Positions 26,929 through 35,831 of a stretch of 64,000 nucleotides of DNA are shown one piece after another. The notes beneath the pieces are model-generated. The model saw only the letters and a program-made list of their open reading frames with translations, made no database searches and was not told where the DNA came from. This DNA comes from Escherichia coli (lineage in GTDB: Bacteria; Pseudomonadota; Gammaproteobacteria; Enterobacterales; Enterobacteriaceae), in NCBI RefSeq assembly GCF_011045215.1, contig NZ_CP049201.1, one strand, 5' to 3'. Every line of letters starts with the position of its first letter. Position 1 is the stretch's first letter. A program made the translations under genes and the position numbers.

Positions 26929-27039
26929 ATGACAATAGAAAAACACGAAAGAAGCACTAAGGATTTGGTGAAAGCAGCGGTATCGGGATGGCTGGGCACT
27001 GCGCTTGAATTTATGGATTTCAAGAGTCATGCGTATTAA
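26929..27039 (+). pseudogene. ydfJ: 5' fragment of MFS transporter gene ydfJ, truncated by prophage insertion
   Basis: encodes MTIEKHERSTKDLVKAAVSGWLGTALEFMDF then runs into a stop after 36 codons where integrase-proximal DNA begins; K-12 ydfJ is known to be split by Qin at this locus. Confidence 0.6.
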
Positions 27040-27058
27040 CTATTTGATAAATATTAAA

Positions 27059-28339
27059 TTAATTTTTCATTGCTTCGTTATGGGGCATGGTTGGGGCAAA
27101 CTCGCTTAACTGTGTATTTAACAAAGCTACCTGTGCATTATTGTTTTCAGACATCCATTTTCCGTATACCTGAAATACCATTTGCGCATCTGCATGGCCC
27201 ATCTGGTTTGCTATAAATGCCGGGTTAGCACCAGCTGTCAGCGACCAGCAGGCATAAGTATGTCTCGACTGATATGATTTTCGATGGCGGAGTCCGGCAC
27301 GTTTTATCGCTGCGTCCCACATCTGCCTTATTGAGTCAACGGTAAAATGGTCACCATAATTTTTTACTCTCGCTGACACTTCAGGTTGAAAAACAAAGGT
27401 GCATTTTTGTTTTTCTGTTCTGCCATACTCTCTGAGGTGAACATCAATGATATGCTCTTTGCTCAGTCTCGTTAATGTCATCTGACTCCGGAGAGCGTCG
27501 ATTGCTGGCTTAATAAGATGAATGACCCGATTGGTTCCCGCCTGTGTTTTTGGTACCGTGAAACGGTCTTTTGCTAAATTTCTCCTGATCATCATTGTTC
27601 CATTTTTCAGATCTATGTCCTCCCATCCAAGTGCACACAGCTCACCAGGGCGAACGCCAGTATAAACAGAAACACACCATAAATTTTTTGCTTGCTGATT
27701 TCTGCACGCATCGATAAGACGGATAAATTCTTCCCGCGAAAGAGGATCCGGAATGGTTCTTGATTCCTTTAATGGCGAGATCCCCTTAAACGGATTATCT
27801 GCCAGGTAACCGTTATCAACACCAAACTGGAACACGGCGTTAAGATTTGTCATGTAATTATTTACAGTTACAGCCGATCTCCCTGGTTGTGTAACAATAT
27901 AGTTACTTTTGGGGGTCTGGTATCCAGTCAGTAGCTCTTTACGAACCTCCAGTAATTTTTCTTTATTAATCGATGAGGCAAGATTTTTTTCACCGATTAT
28001 GCTCAGGATATTTTTGATGACGGCACGGTATGTGTTGAGTGATGTTTTGGCGACTTCAGTTTCTTTCAGTGCCAGAAATTTTTCAGCCAGTTCTTTTATG
28101 GTTAAATCTTGTCGGGCCTCACCAAATTTTTCCAGATTGCGTGAGGAGGGAAACTGTTTTGCATAGTCGAAAACACCAGTTTTTATTGCGTAACAAACAG
28201 AGGAGCGTAGTTCACCTGCAACGCGCCTGTTTTTTGCTGTGTCAGGAACCCCCAGATTTTCCCTGACTCTTACGCCTTTATAAACAAACCAGATACGTAA
28301 TTTCCCTCCATGGTTTTCCACGCCTGTCGGATATTTCAT
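27059..28339 (-). CDS. int: phage integrase, tyrosine recombinase
   Basis: C-terminal catalytic region with R..HxxR..Y arrangement (RHTYACWSL...HADAQMVFQVYGKW); first gene inside the insertion. Confidence 0.9.
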   Translation of the reverse strand: MKYPTGVENHGGKLRIWFVYKGVRVRENLGVPDTAKNRRVAGELRSSVCYAIKTGVFDYAKQFPSSRNLEKFGEARQDLTIKELAEKFLALKETEVAKTSLNTYRAVIKNILSIIGEKNLASSINKEKLLEVRKELLTGYQTPKSNYIVTQPGRSAVTVNNYMTNLNAVFQFGVDNGYLADNPFKGISPLKESRTIPDPLSREEFIRLIDACRNQQAKNLWCVSVYTGVRPGELCALGWEDIDLKNGTMMIRRNLAKDRFTVPKTQAGTNRVIHLIKPAIDALRSQMTLTRLSKEHIIDVHLREYGRTEKQKCTFVFQPEVSARVKNYGDHFTVDSIRQMWDAAIKRAGLRHRKSYQSRHTYACWSLTAGANPAFIANQMGHADAQMVFQVYGKWMSENNNAQVALLNTQLSEFAPTMPHNEAMKN

Positions 28340-28373
28340 TTCAACTTCTCTCATTAGTTAGTGTGGCTTTTAG

Positions 28374-28625
28374 TCAAGTAAGATGACGTCTTGGTCTCGC
28401 TGATGCCTGGCGCTCAATCCAGCGATCAATTTCTTCCAGGTTGTAAAAGCATGGACTGTTATCCCATGGCATACCGTCATGAGCGACATGCTTATATTCC
28501 CTTCCTTCCATAAACGATTTTTCCCGGGCCTTTTTTAACGTACCTTTTTTTATTCCTTTCAGCGCAATTAACTGCTCTTCGGATACCCATTTGCCGGGAG
28601 AGACAATCATGATTACTTCGCTCAT
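28374..28625 (-). CDS. xis: excisionase-like protein
   Basis: 83-aa ORF immediately upstream of int on the same strand; small basic DNA-binding-type protein. Confidence 0.65.
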   Translation of the reverse strand: MSEVIMIVSPGKWVSEEQLIALKGIKKGTLKKAREKSFMEGREYKHVAHDGMPWDNSPCFYNLEEIDRWIERQASARPRRHLT

Positions 28626-28697
28626 CGATTTCTTTATCTCTTACATCAGACGAGCGCCGGTTGCAGAATACCAGTCACAACCGGCGACAGTTGAACA

Positions 28698-31169
28698 TTA
28701 AGAATCAGCCTGACTCGGGATCAGTTTTTGCCAGATAACTGAAACGTATTTTGCCTGGTAACGGGCGTCATCAAGTGCATTATGGCGCTCACCTTCGAAT
28801 GGAATAGCCGTTCTGGGATCGAAGTCTATGGCTTTCCCCAGCTCAACGATTGTGCGTACATCGCGATCGTTGTAGTAACGCCACGGGCAGGGGATCCCCT
28901 GCCGTTCGTATGAACGGCGCAAAATCGTGTTGTCGAAGTTGGCTCCATTTCCCCAGACCTGAACAAAAAATTCACCGGAGTTTTCGTCGATAAATTCCCG
29001 CAATTGTAACAGTGCATCATCTAACGGGATTTCATCGGTCATAATGGCAGATTGCGCTTCGCGTGATTGCTTAAGCCACCATTTAATGGTGTCCCGATCA
29101 ATGACTCCGCCAGCAGTTTCCAGATCGATAGTCTTACTAAATTCCGGTCCCATATCTCCGGTTTGCGGATCGAAAAATATTGCACCTATTGAGATGATCG
29201 GGGCATCAGGATTTTTTCCCATGGTTTCAAGGTCGATCATTAGATGGTCACACGTCCTGCTGGTGGATGTGATTTCGTGATGACCGTTCACCTTAATTGA
29301 GTGATCTGCCGTCTCGCCAGTTTCATTATCGCTATTGTGATGCTGATTGCCGCCAGTGTTCTCCTTGTGTGGATGTTCAGCGCCTTCCATTTCCTCCGGA
29401 TCATCTTCCTGAACTTCAACCTGATACTCTTCATCGAATGTTTCTTGGTATGTTGCGTCGCCCATCACCGCGCCACAATCAGGGCAGTTGCCGCCGCCGG
29501 TCTGACCGCAGGCGGTGCAGACTTTTTCCACTTCCTGTTGCGCCACTGGTTCAGGCTGTTTCGTTTCTGGCTCGTTTTGTAACGCATTTGGGCTGTTTTG
29601 TTCCGCTTTTTGGTAGTTCCGTTCCGATTCATGCTGGTTCTGGTTCACAGAATCGCGGGTCTGGATCCCCTTAACCCATTTCGGATCATTCGGGTCACTA
29701 ATCCCTTCAACAAATTCACCACGTGATGCAGCAAGCAACTTATCGGCGTCAGGCTGGCTGATATTGGCTGCCTGCATAATTTTGTTTACTTCGTCAGCGG
29801 TAACTTTTATCGGCTCTGGTTGTTCTGAATCTTCAGCGGTATCTACATTTTGCGGTAAGCCCGTGTATGTGCCATTTTTTCGGGCAAAATATTCTTCTTT
29901 TGTGATTTCAGTGGCGCCAGCAGCCAGTGCCTTATCCAGACCAGAAAGTTTGTTTGCGCGACCGTATTTTTCTCCGTCCTTATCTGCGAAGAGGAAATAG
30001 AACGGCCCCTCACGCTCTACAGATGGTTCAGCTTCCGGCGCGGTTTCATTTTTTGGGATATCAGATACCTCAGTTTCCACTGCATCAGTTTGTGTTTCTG
30101 ATGACTGGAGAACATCAACAGTGCCCAGGTCTGTTTCTTCATTCTCAAACACGCCCTTTGTCGTCAGGTATTCGCAGATATATTTGTTCAGTGCTACGGG
30201 ATCTTTGTGAATGTCGATCGGACGCTCACGGACAAGGCCAAAAATAGTTTGGCGGTCGTAGCGAAGGGCATCAGGCTGTTTGCGCATTGATGCCGAGATA
30301 CGCTTCCAGTCTTCGCGGTCGTTGTCGATAACTTCTTTTTTTGCCCAGCGATGGATGCTGCCGTCAATGTTTCCGGCATCCACATCACCAGGCCAGAGAG
30401 CGTAGGCCAGTTCGTCATCCAGTGTTTTCCATGTCTGCTTGTATTCGCGATGAATGGCAGCAATGACCGGGCTGATTTTTCCTGTTGAATTTTCAGTGTA
30501 CTGTTGATTGGCTCTGGCGCGGGCGAGATCAACAACAGACGTGTATTTTCCGGTTTCCTTGCGTTCACCTTCGCGACGTTTTTTCCAGATGCGCATCTCT
30601 GTCTGAATTTCGGGCCATTTAGCACCAGGAATACATTTATGCTTAACCCACCCAATGGCGTGCAACTTAAGCTCCGGATACATGGCGTTAACTTCTGGCA
30701 TTTTCATCAACGCTTCAACGATATGTCCGTCGAATGTTGCCATGTCTTCCTGCAACAATTCCTGTGTGCTAATAACCATATCAACGGTGATGTTTTCACA
30801 TGTGTCGAACTTAACCATGACAGCGTTCTGTACTTCAGGGGCCAGCTTGTCAAAAGTGACGTTCATCGGATCGGATTCAGTCTCAACCGGGACAAAAGAA
30901 GCAGACTCCTCATCCCAGCGGTTTTCCTGCATATATTCAGCATCCCATGAATCGAGGGCAGGGCGGGGTATGCCAGGTTTATCCTCGCAGATAATAAATT
31001 TATAAGCGCAGTCCTGAGCAGCCGGATAATGTTCCAGGAACTGCCAGTGAAATTTTGCTCGAGCACGGCGTTCGTCGCCAGCTTCAATGGCTGTGGCTAC
31101 AGCCACCGCGCCTTCTCCCCTTGTTGCCAGTTCGTCAGGAATAGCGGCGCAAATAAAGACTTTACTCAT
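28698..31169 (-). CDS. large phage exonuclease with C-terminal DnaQ/DEDDh-like 3'-5' exonuclease domain
   Basis: 823 aa; C-terminal motifs DLETMG, GNGANFD and HNALDDA consistent with DEDDh; long acidic low-complexity central region. Confidence 0.75.
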   Translation of the reverse strand: MSKVFICAAIPDELATRGEGAVAVATAIEAGDERRARAKFHWQFLEHYPAAQDCAYKFIICEDKPGIPRPALDSWDAEYMQENRWDEESASFVPVETESDPMNVTFDKLAPEVQNAVMVKFDTCENITVDMVISTQELLQEDMATFDGHIVEALMKMPEVNAMYPELKLHAIGWVKHKCIPGAKWPEIQTEMRIWKKRREGERKETGKYTSVVDLARARANQQYTENSTGKISPVIAAIHREYKQTWKTLDDELAYALWPGDVDAGNIDGSIHRWAKKEVIDNDREDWKRISASMRKQPDALRYDRQTIFGLVRERPIDIHKDPVALNKYICEYLTTKGVFENEETDLGTVDVLQSSETQTDAVETEVSDIPKNETAPEAEPSVEREGPFYFLFADKDGEKYGRANKLSGLDKALAAGATEITKEEYFARKNGTYTGLPQNVDTAEDSEQPEPIKVTADEVNKIMQAANISQPDADKLLAASRGEFVEGISDPNDPKWVKGIQTRDSVNQNQHESERNYQKAEQNSPNALQNEPETKQPEPVAQQEVEKVCTACGQTGGGNCPDCGAVMGDATYQETFDEEYQVEVQEDDPEEMEGAEHPHKENTGGNQHHNSDNETGETADHSIKVNGHHEITSTSRTCDHLMIDLETMGKNPDAPIISIGAIFFDPQTGDMGPEFSKTIDLETAGGVIDRDTIKWWLKQSREAQSAIMTDEIPLDDALLQLREFIDENSGEFFVQVWGNGANFDNTILRRSYERQGIPCPWRYYNDRDVRTIVELGKAIDFDPRTAIPFEGERHNALDDARYQAKYVSVIWQKLIPSQADS

Positions 31170-31262
31170 TTTGTTTGAACCTCATGACAGATTTAAGGAT
31201 GAACAAATCCCTGCCATTGCTGGCATATAAGAATGAAACCGGATATTTATTACGGAACTGTT

Positions 31263-31454
31263 TTAAAGACCTGCCGGGATTTCGATATTATCCTGGTGAA
31301 TAACTTTATCGACCGGGTAACAGTTACCGGGAATTTTCTGTTCGGTTGCTGCAGTCATACACTCCTGCATTGTCCTGTGAACACTGACTGCAATATCAAC
31401 TGGCTCTCCGGAAACAAGAAAAACTGTCAGAACAAGCGCAAATGCTGAATTCAT
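31263..31454 (-). CDS. ydfD: YdfD (63-aa Qin-type small lysis-associated protein)
   Basis: 63 aa from internal ATG with AAGGA RBS; N-terminal hydrophobic segment; overlaps dicB stop. Confidence 0.75.
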   Translation of the reverse strand: MNSAFALVLTVFLVSGEPVDIAVSVHRTMQECMTAATEQKIPGNCYPVDKVIHQDNIEIPAGL

Positions 31455-31639
31455 TGTGCACATCCTTTTGGCATCAGACGTAAACGAGCCAGCATTGAAA
31501 CAATGCATATTTTATTTAATAGCTCCCGTTCTTGTTTTCTCTTGTTAATGGCATCTTCAGTAAATACAGGGTTACTGATAGTGACACCAATTTCAAAACA
31601 ACCTTCAGACGTATTAACGTTTGGTAATAACGTTTTCAT
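31451..31639 (-). CDS. dicB: cell division inhibitor DicB
   Basis: 62 aa (MKTLLPNVNTSEGCFEIGV...LMPKGCAQ) with GAGGA RBS; directly downstream of dicF. Confidence 0.85.
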   Translation of the reverse strand: MKTLLPNVNTSEGCFEIGVTISNPVFTEDAINKRKQERELLNKICIVSMLARLRLMPKGCAQ

Positions 31640-31807
31640 TATCGCGTCCTCAACAATGAATTTTGTGATGCAGTGCCTGGTGCCTCCAGGTGACGTTAAC
31701 CAGTTAACAATTAACGCCGGATACAGAGAATCCACCCATAACACTGTTTTTGGTTTTAACTGTTCCGCGTGCGCTTAGCCGCATTCACCGCATCACAAAA
31801 TTCACTT

Positions 31808-31865
31808 TAAAAACGGCGGCAGAGCAGTCACGGAGTAAAACTGATACCGCCAAACGTCACCAGAA
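31808..31865 (-). ncRNA. dicF: DicF small regulatory RNA
   Basis: minus-strand sequence UUUCUGGUGACGUUUGGCGGUAUCAGUUUUACUCCGUGACUGCUCUGCCGCC followed by a U-run matches DicF (53 nt plus terminator tail). Confidence 0.88.
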
Positions 31866-32125
31866 AATTGATAACAGAGGGCGTTGCAGCGGGGTTGTCA
31901 CTTAAGCGTATGGTCAACCTGACAACTCGGTGTCCTCAACGGGGAAGGAATAACCCCGCCATACTTACCGCCGCGCCATTTCGCGGATTGCCACAACCGG
32001 AAGCGCACGGTCGAATTAAATTTACCGACACCGTACAGTTAGACGAATTTCGCCGTGCGCTTTCGTGTTGTGTGCCTGCTTTTAACCACGTCAGGCGAGG
32101 TGGTATCCTTAAAATCACCACAGTT

Positions 32126-32701
32126 TTAAGGATTCATTAAGCAATGTCGCAACCACCAATAAATCCGCTTAAGAACATGAAAATTGATTACTGGTATAAA
32201 GCGCTTACAGTTGTTGGCGCTGCGTTGTTTGTCTTTAATGGAACGTCTTTTTTTGACAGATATCCCGTTGTTCCATTGGGTTTTTTGTCCTCCGGCATCT
32301 TTTTTATTGGTTTGGGGGAGTGGATTAATCACCCTCTCAAAGTGAGATTTATTGGTCCTGGGGTTTGGACTCGTGGATATAATCGTTCTTCGTGCGCACT
32401 CGGCATCATCTTCGACATACTTGGTTGTTTCCTGATTGTTACAGGAGTCGTCAAGTTCTTCTGATGTAAAACCGCAAATGGGGCACGTAACGGGAATTTT
32501 GAAAAGCGTTTCTCCGGGTTCCAGAACAAAATTTTCTGCGGTCTGATTTTGCTTCTCATATTTGTGCTCCGCGTCATTGTGAGAGCACATTCTTATTCTG
32601 AGTGCCTGTTTAAACTCACTGAAGCTGAGAGCTTCTTCGCCTTCGGCAAGGCCTTCGAAGTATTCTTCGTAAGCCTTTTCCATGATTGTGTCGAAATCCA
32701 T
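32126..32701 (-). CDS. hypothetical protein in the ydfB/ydfC position, possible zinc-ribbon
   Basis: 191-aa ORF translationally coupled to ydfA (AGGTGA RBS, 1-nt gap); CPICGF...C motif; C-terminal third is low-complexity and overlaps an antisense 106-aa ORF, so the true extent is uncertain. Confidence 0.5.
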   Translation of the reverse strand: MDFDTIMEKAYEEYFEGLAEGEEALSFSEFKQALRIRMCSHNDAEHKYEKQNQTAENFVLEPGETLFKIPVTCPICGFTSEELDDSCNNQETTKYVEDDAECARRTIISTSPNPRTNKSHFERVINPLPQTNKKDAGGQKTQWNNGISVKKRRSIKDKQRSANNCKRFIPVINFHVLKRIYWWLRHCLMNP

Positions 32702-32702
32702 A

Positions 32703-32858
32703 TCACTCACCTGAGTTTCTTTCCAGCCAGCGACGGGCACCATTTTCGGTTTTAAACGTTTTGCTTTTGGTATACGTCATCGCGGTGAACGTGCCGTCCT
32801 GGTTGGGGAACACGCCACATACCAGAGATTCGCTGTTGCCAAGATCGATAGTATCCAT
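32703..32858 (-). CDS. ydfA: YdfA (51-aa DicA-operon protein)
   Basis: 51 aa from internal ATG with GAGG RBS; first gene downstream of dicA. Confidence 0.75.
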   Translation of the reverse strand: MDTIDLGNSESLVCGVFPNQDGTFTAMTYTKSKTFKTENGARRWLERNSGE

Positions 32859-33026
32859 GCTGACCTCATTTCCCCTTAACGCCTGGGTAGCGGAACTGTT
32901 TGCTGAGAACACCGTGCGGTGTCTTGATGGAAATTAATTTAGAATAATCTAACATGATAGGCAAGTGTTTTTTGTTAGGTTAGTCTAACAAAAAGAGTGA
33001 GCGCAACTAATCACTTGAAAAGAATG

Positions 33027-33434
33027 TTATTTTATTGATTTATTTTTACGCGCTTTAAGCATTTCTTCGAAGAGTTTGTTGAAGTTTTCTACTCTTGCGC
33101 GCATTTCAGACAGCAAGGCTTCCTGCTCGGAAGATGGAAGAGCATCGAATAATTCGATCAATTCTTTGTGGTTGGGAGTTAGCTCTGTTTCCACATGAAG
33201 TTCTTGTGCAGGCACTGGTGCCTTGTCTTCATCACCAAACATTAGCCATGTAGGTGAGCACTTCAGAGCATCCGCTAAAGCAAACAATCGTTTTCCGACT
33301 GGCTGGGTTTCGTCTCTTTCCCATTGTGAAATTGTGACGTGAGCAACTCCAGCGAGGCGCGCAGCTTCTCGTTGTGTTAAGCGTAATTCTTTTCGTCGCG
33401 CCAGAACTCGCTGGCCTAGGGTTCTTGTATCCAT
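33027..33434 (-). CDS. dicA: HTH XRE-family repressor DicA
   Basis: 135 aa with N-terminal HTH (LTQREAARLAGVAHVTISQWERDETQP); divergent from dicC. Confidence 0.88.
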   Translation of the reverse strand: MDTRTLGQRVLARRKELRLTQREAARLAGVAHVTISQWERDETQPVGKRLFALADALKCSPTWLMFGDEDKAPVPAQELHVETELTPNHKELIELFDALPSSEQEALLSEMRARVENFNKLFEEMLKARKNKSIK

Positions 33435-33511
33435 AGTTAGGTAATTCTAATTTTTCTTGACTTAGGTATCCCGCGCACAATAATGTTAGAAAAGTCTAAC
33501 AAGAGGGGGCT

Positions 33512-33742
33512 TTGATGCTTAAAGTTGACGCAATTACTTTTTTTGGCAGCAAAACAAAGCTTGCCAATGCCGCAGGAGTGAGACTGGCAAGTGTTGCTGC
33601 TTGGGGGATACTGGTTCCTGAAGGTCGCGCGATGCGTCTACAGGAGGCATCTGGCGGGGAGCTTCAGTATGATCCCAAAGTTTATGACGAATATCGTAAG
33701 ACGAAGCGGACGGGGCGGTTGAACAATGAAAATCACTCCTGA
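33512..33742 (+). CDS. dicC: Cro-like regulator DicC
   Basis: 76 aa transcribed divergently from dicA across a short operator-containing gap. Confidence 0.85.
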   Translation: MMLKVDAITFFGSKTKLANAAGVRLASVAAWGILVPEGRAMRLQEASGGELQYDPKVYDEYRKTKRTGRLNNENHS

Positions 33743-34247
33743 ACAGGCTCGTGAGGCTCTGGATGCCTGGATATGTCGACCAGGAATGACACAGGAGCAG
33801 GCGACGATATTAATCACTGAAGCATTCTGGGCTTTGAAAGAGCGCCCGAACATCGATGTTCAGCGTGTCACATATGAAGGTGGCGCGGTTGATCAGCGAG
33901 CGCTTAGCGTTAATCGAGTGAAGATATTCGAACGCTGGAAGGCTATCGACACCAGGGATAAGCGTGAAAAGTTCACAGCGCTAGTGCCTGCAATTATGGA
34001 GGCTATCCGGATTAGTGATTTCAGGTTGTATCGTGAGATCAGTGATGGAAAAAGTATTACGTACATGATCGCCGGGTTAAATAAAGAATATGGCGATGTG
34101 GTGGAATCTGGACTGCTTTTTGCAGATCCTGCCGTTGTAGATCGTGAAACTGACGAACTTATAGAAAAAGCAATTGCTTTCAAGCTTGCGTATCGACAGC
34201 AATACCAACAAAAAGCTGGATGGAATTATGAGTCTTCTTTTTGCTGA
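33726..34247 (+). CDS. hypothetical early-region protein (YdaT-like position)
   Basis: 173-aa ORF overlapping the dicC stop; no recognisable catalytic motif. Confidence 0.65.
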   Translation: MKITPEQAREALDAWICRPGMTQEQATILITEAFWALKERPNIDVQRVTYEGGAVDQRALSVNRVKIFERWKAIDTRDKREKFTALVPAIMEAIRISDFRLYREISDGKSITYMIAGLNKEYGDVVESGLLFADPAVVDRETDELIEKAIAFKLAYRQQYQQKAGWNYESSFC

Positions 34248-35193
34248 ACGCCCACTGGTTATAAACACGCAGCTGGCAATGAAAATCGGCTTAAACGAAG
34301 CCATTGTTTTGCAACAACTGCACTACTGGTTGAGAGATACCAACTCCGGTATGGAATGTGATGGTGTTCGCTGGATTTATAACACAACGGAACAATGGCT
34401 GGAACAGTTCCCATTCTGGTCAGAGTCAACGTTAAAACGCGCGTTTGCAAGTCTGAAAACGCTGGGGCTTTTGCGTTGTGAAAAGCTCAATAAATCAAAG
34501 CGCGATATGACCAATTTCTACACGATCAACTATGGGAGCGAGCTTTTAGATGGTGGCAAATTGAACGAATCCATCGGTTCAAAATGCGCCGCTCCATCAG
34601 GTCAAAATGACACGATGGAAGAGGTCAAAATGAAACGCTCCATTGGTTCAAAACGACCCAATGTCATCGGGTCAAAATGGCCTGATGATCTTACAGAGAA
34701 TACAACAGAGATTACTACAGAGAATAAAAACACTTTTCGTCCGGAAGCTTCGCAACCGGACCCGCAGACGACTGAACAGGATTTTTTAACCCGGAACCCC
34801 GACGCGGTTGTGTTTAGTGTGAAAAAACGCCAGTGGGGTAGCAGGGAGGATTTGGCGTGTGCGCAGTGGATTTGGGGGCGGATCGTGAACCTTTACGAAC
34901 AGGCTGCCAGCGACGATGGAGAGATCATGCGACCAAAAGAGCCTAACTGGACAGCCTGGGCCAATGACGTGCGCACAATGCGGATGCTGGATGGCAGAAG
35001 CCACAGACAAATTTGCGAAATGTTTGGTCGGGTACAGCGGGATCCATTCTGGGTAAAAAACATCATGAGCCCGTCAAAACTCCGCGAAAAATGGGACGAA
35101 CTGGTCATCCGCCTGGGACGTTCACCTGTACAGCGTTGTGTGAATCATATTTCTGAACCGGATACAGAAATTCCGCCTGGTTTCAGAGGATAA
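34228..35193 (+). CDS. replication initiator, lambda O-like
   Basis: 321 aa with N-terminal DNA-binding-type region; gene contains five regularly spaced iterons, as in lambda O/ori. Confidence 0.75.
   Translation: MSLLFAERPLVINTQLAMKIGLNEAIVLQQLHYWLRDTNSGMECDGVRWIYNTTEQWLEQFPFWSESTLKRAFASLKTLGLLRCEKLNKSKRDMTNFYTINYGSELLDGGKLNESIGSKCAAPSGQNDTMEEVKMKRSIGSKRPNVIGSKWPDDLTENTTEITTENKNTFRPEASQPDPQTTEQDFLTRNPDAVVFSVKKRQWGSREDLACAQWIWGRIVNLYEQAASDDGEIMRPKEPNWTAWANDVRTMRMLDGRSHRQICEMFGRVQRDPFWVKNIMSPSKLREKWDELVIRLGRSPVQRCVNHISEPDTEIPPGFRG
34575..34680. repeat. phage replication origin iterons (5 direct repeats of GGTCAAAATG-like motif, about 23-bp period)
   Basis: copies at about 34576, 34600, 34623, 34645 and 34669 inside the O-like gene, producing repeated IGSK peptide motifs. 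Confidence 0.75.
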
Positions 35194-35233
35194 GTTTTGA
35201 TTTCAGGTCATGAGGTAATTTTAAGGGGGACTT

Positions 35234-35635
35234 GTGGCAAAAGTTTTTACACAAGAAGAGCGGGAAAAAATTAAAGGGCAGGTGGTGGAACTCGTGCGCC
35301 AGAGCGGTCGTGAGACGTTACGGCAACTGGAAGCTAAAACAGGTGCGACTAGATATCTGATGAGCGTTCTTGCCAGAGAGCTGGTAGCCAGTGGCGATGT
35401 ATACAACTCCGGCTACGGGTTATTCCCGTCTGAACAGGCGCGTAAGGACTGGCAAAACGCCCGCAAAAAACTATCGAGGGCAAAGGTGAAGAAAACAGCT
35501 GTGGTTGATCCGGACCTTATCTGGTCGTTACCTGATGGAGAAATACGTCGCTACGACAGTCGCCTAAACATAATCTGTCGCGAGTGCCGGATGAGTGAAG
35601 TTATGCAGCGCATACTGGCATTTTATCAGGGATAA
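35234..35635 (+). CDS. hypothetical phage protein
   Basis: 133-aa ORF with GTG start preceded by AAGGGGGA RBS; follows the O-like gene. Confidence 0.65.
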   Translation: MAKVFTQEEREKIKGQVVELVRQSGRETLRQLEAKTGATRYLMSVLARELVASGDVYNSGYGLFPSEQARKDWQNARKKLSRAKVKKTAVVDPDLIWSLPDGEIRRYDSRLNIICRECRMSEVMQRILAFYQG

Positions 35636-35831
35636 TGTTAGGTATTTTAGACGTTACTAGATTAAAAAGCATTAGTTCAGGAGTGAATTGACATTCTCAT
35701 TTTTCATGGCACAGGGTAGATCTGGCGTGGTTGTCCGCTTTGTGCCAGAAGCGGACATAGCAGGTGCCAGATGCATTTGTTATTCTTCATTGAATTGAGC
35801 AGTATCCTTAACAGGAACTCTGAATACATAA

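Noticed and set aside
31868-32140. 90-aa plus-strand ORF and 61-aa minus ORF next to dicF
   Set aside because: Overlap the dicF promoter and processing region; no RBS; region better explained as the non-coding dicF precursor
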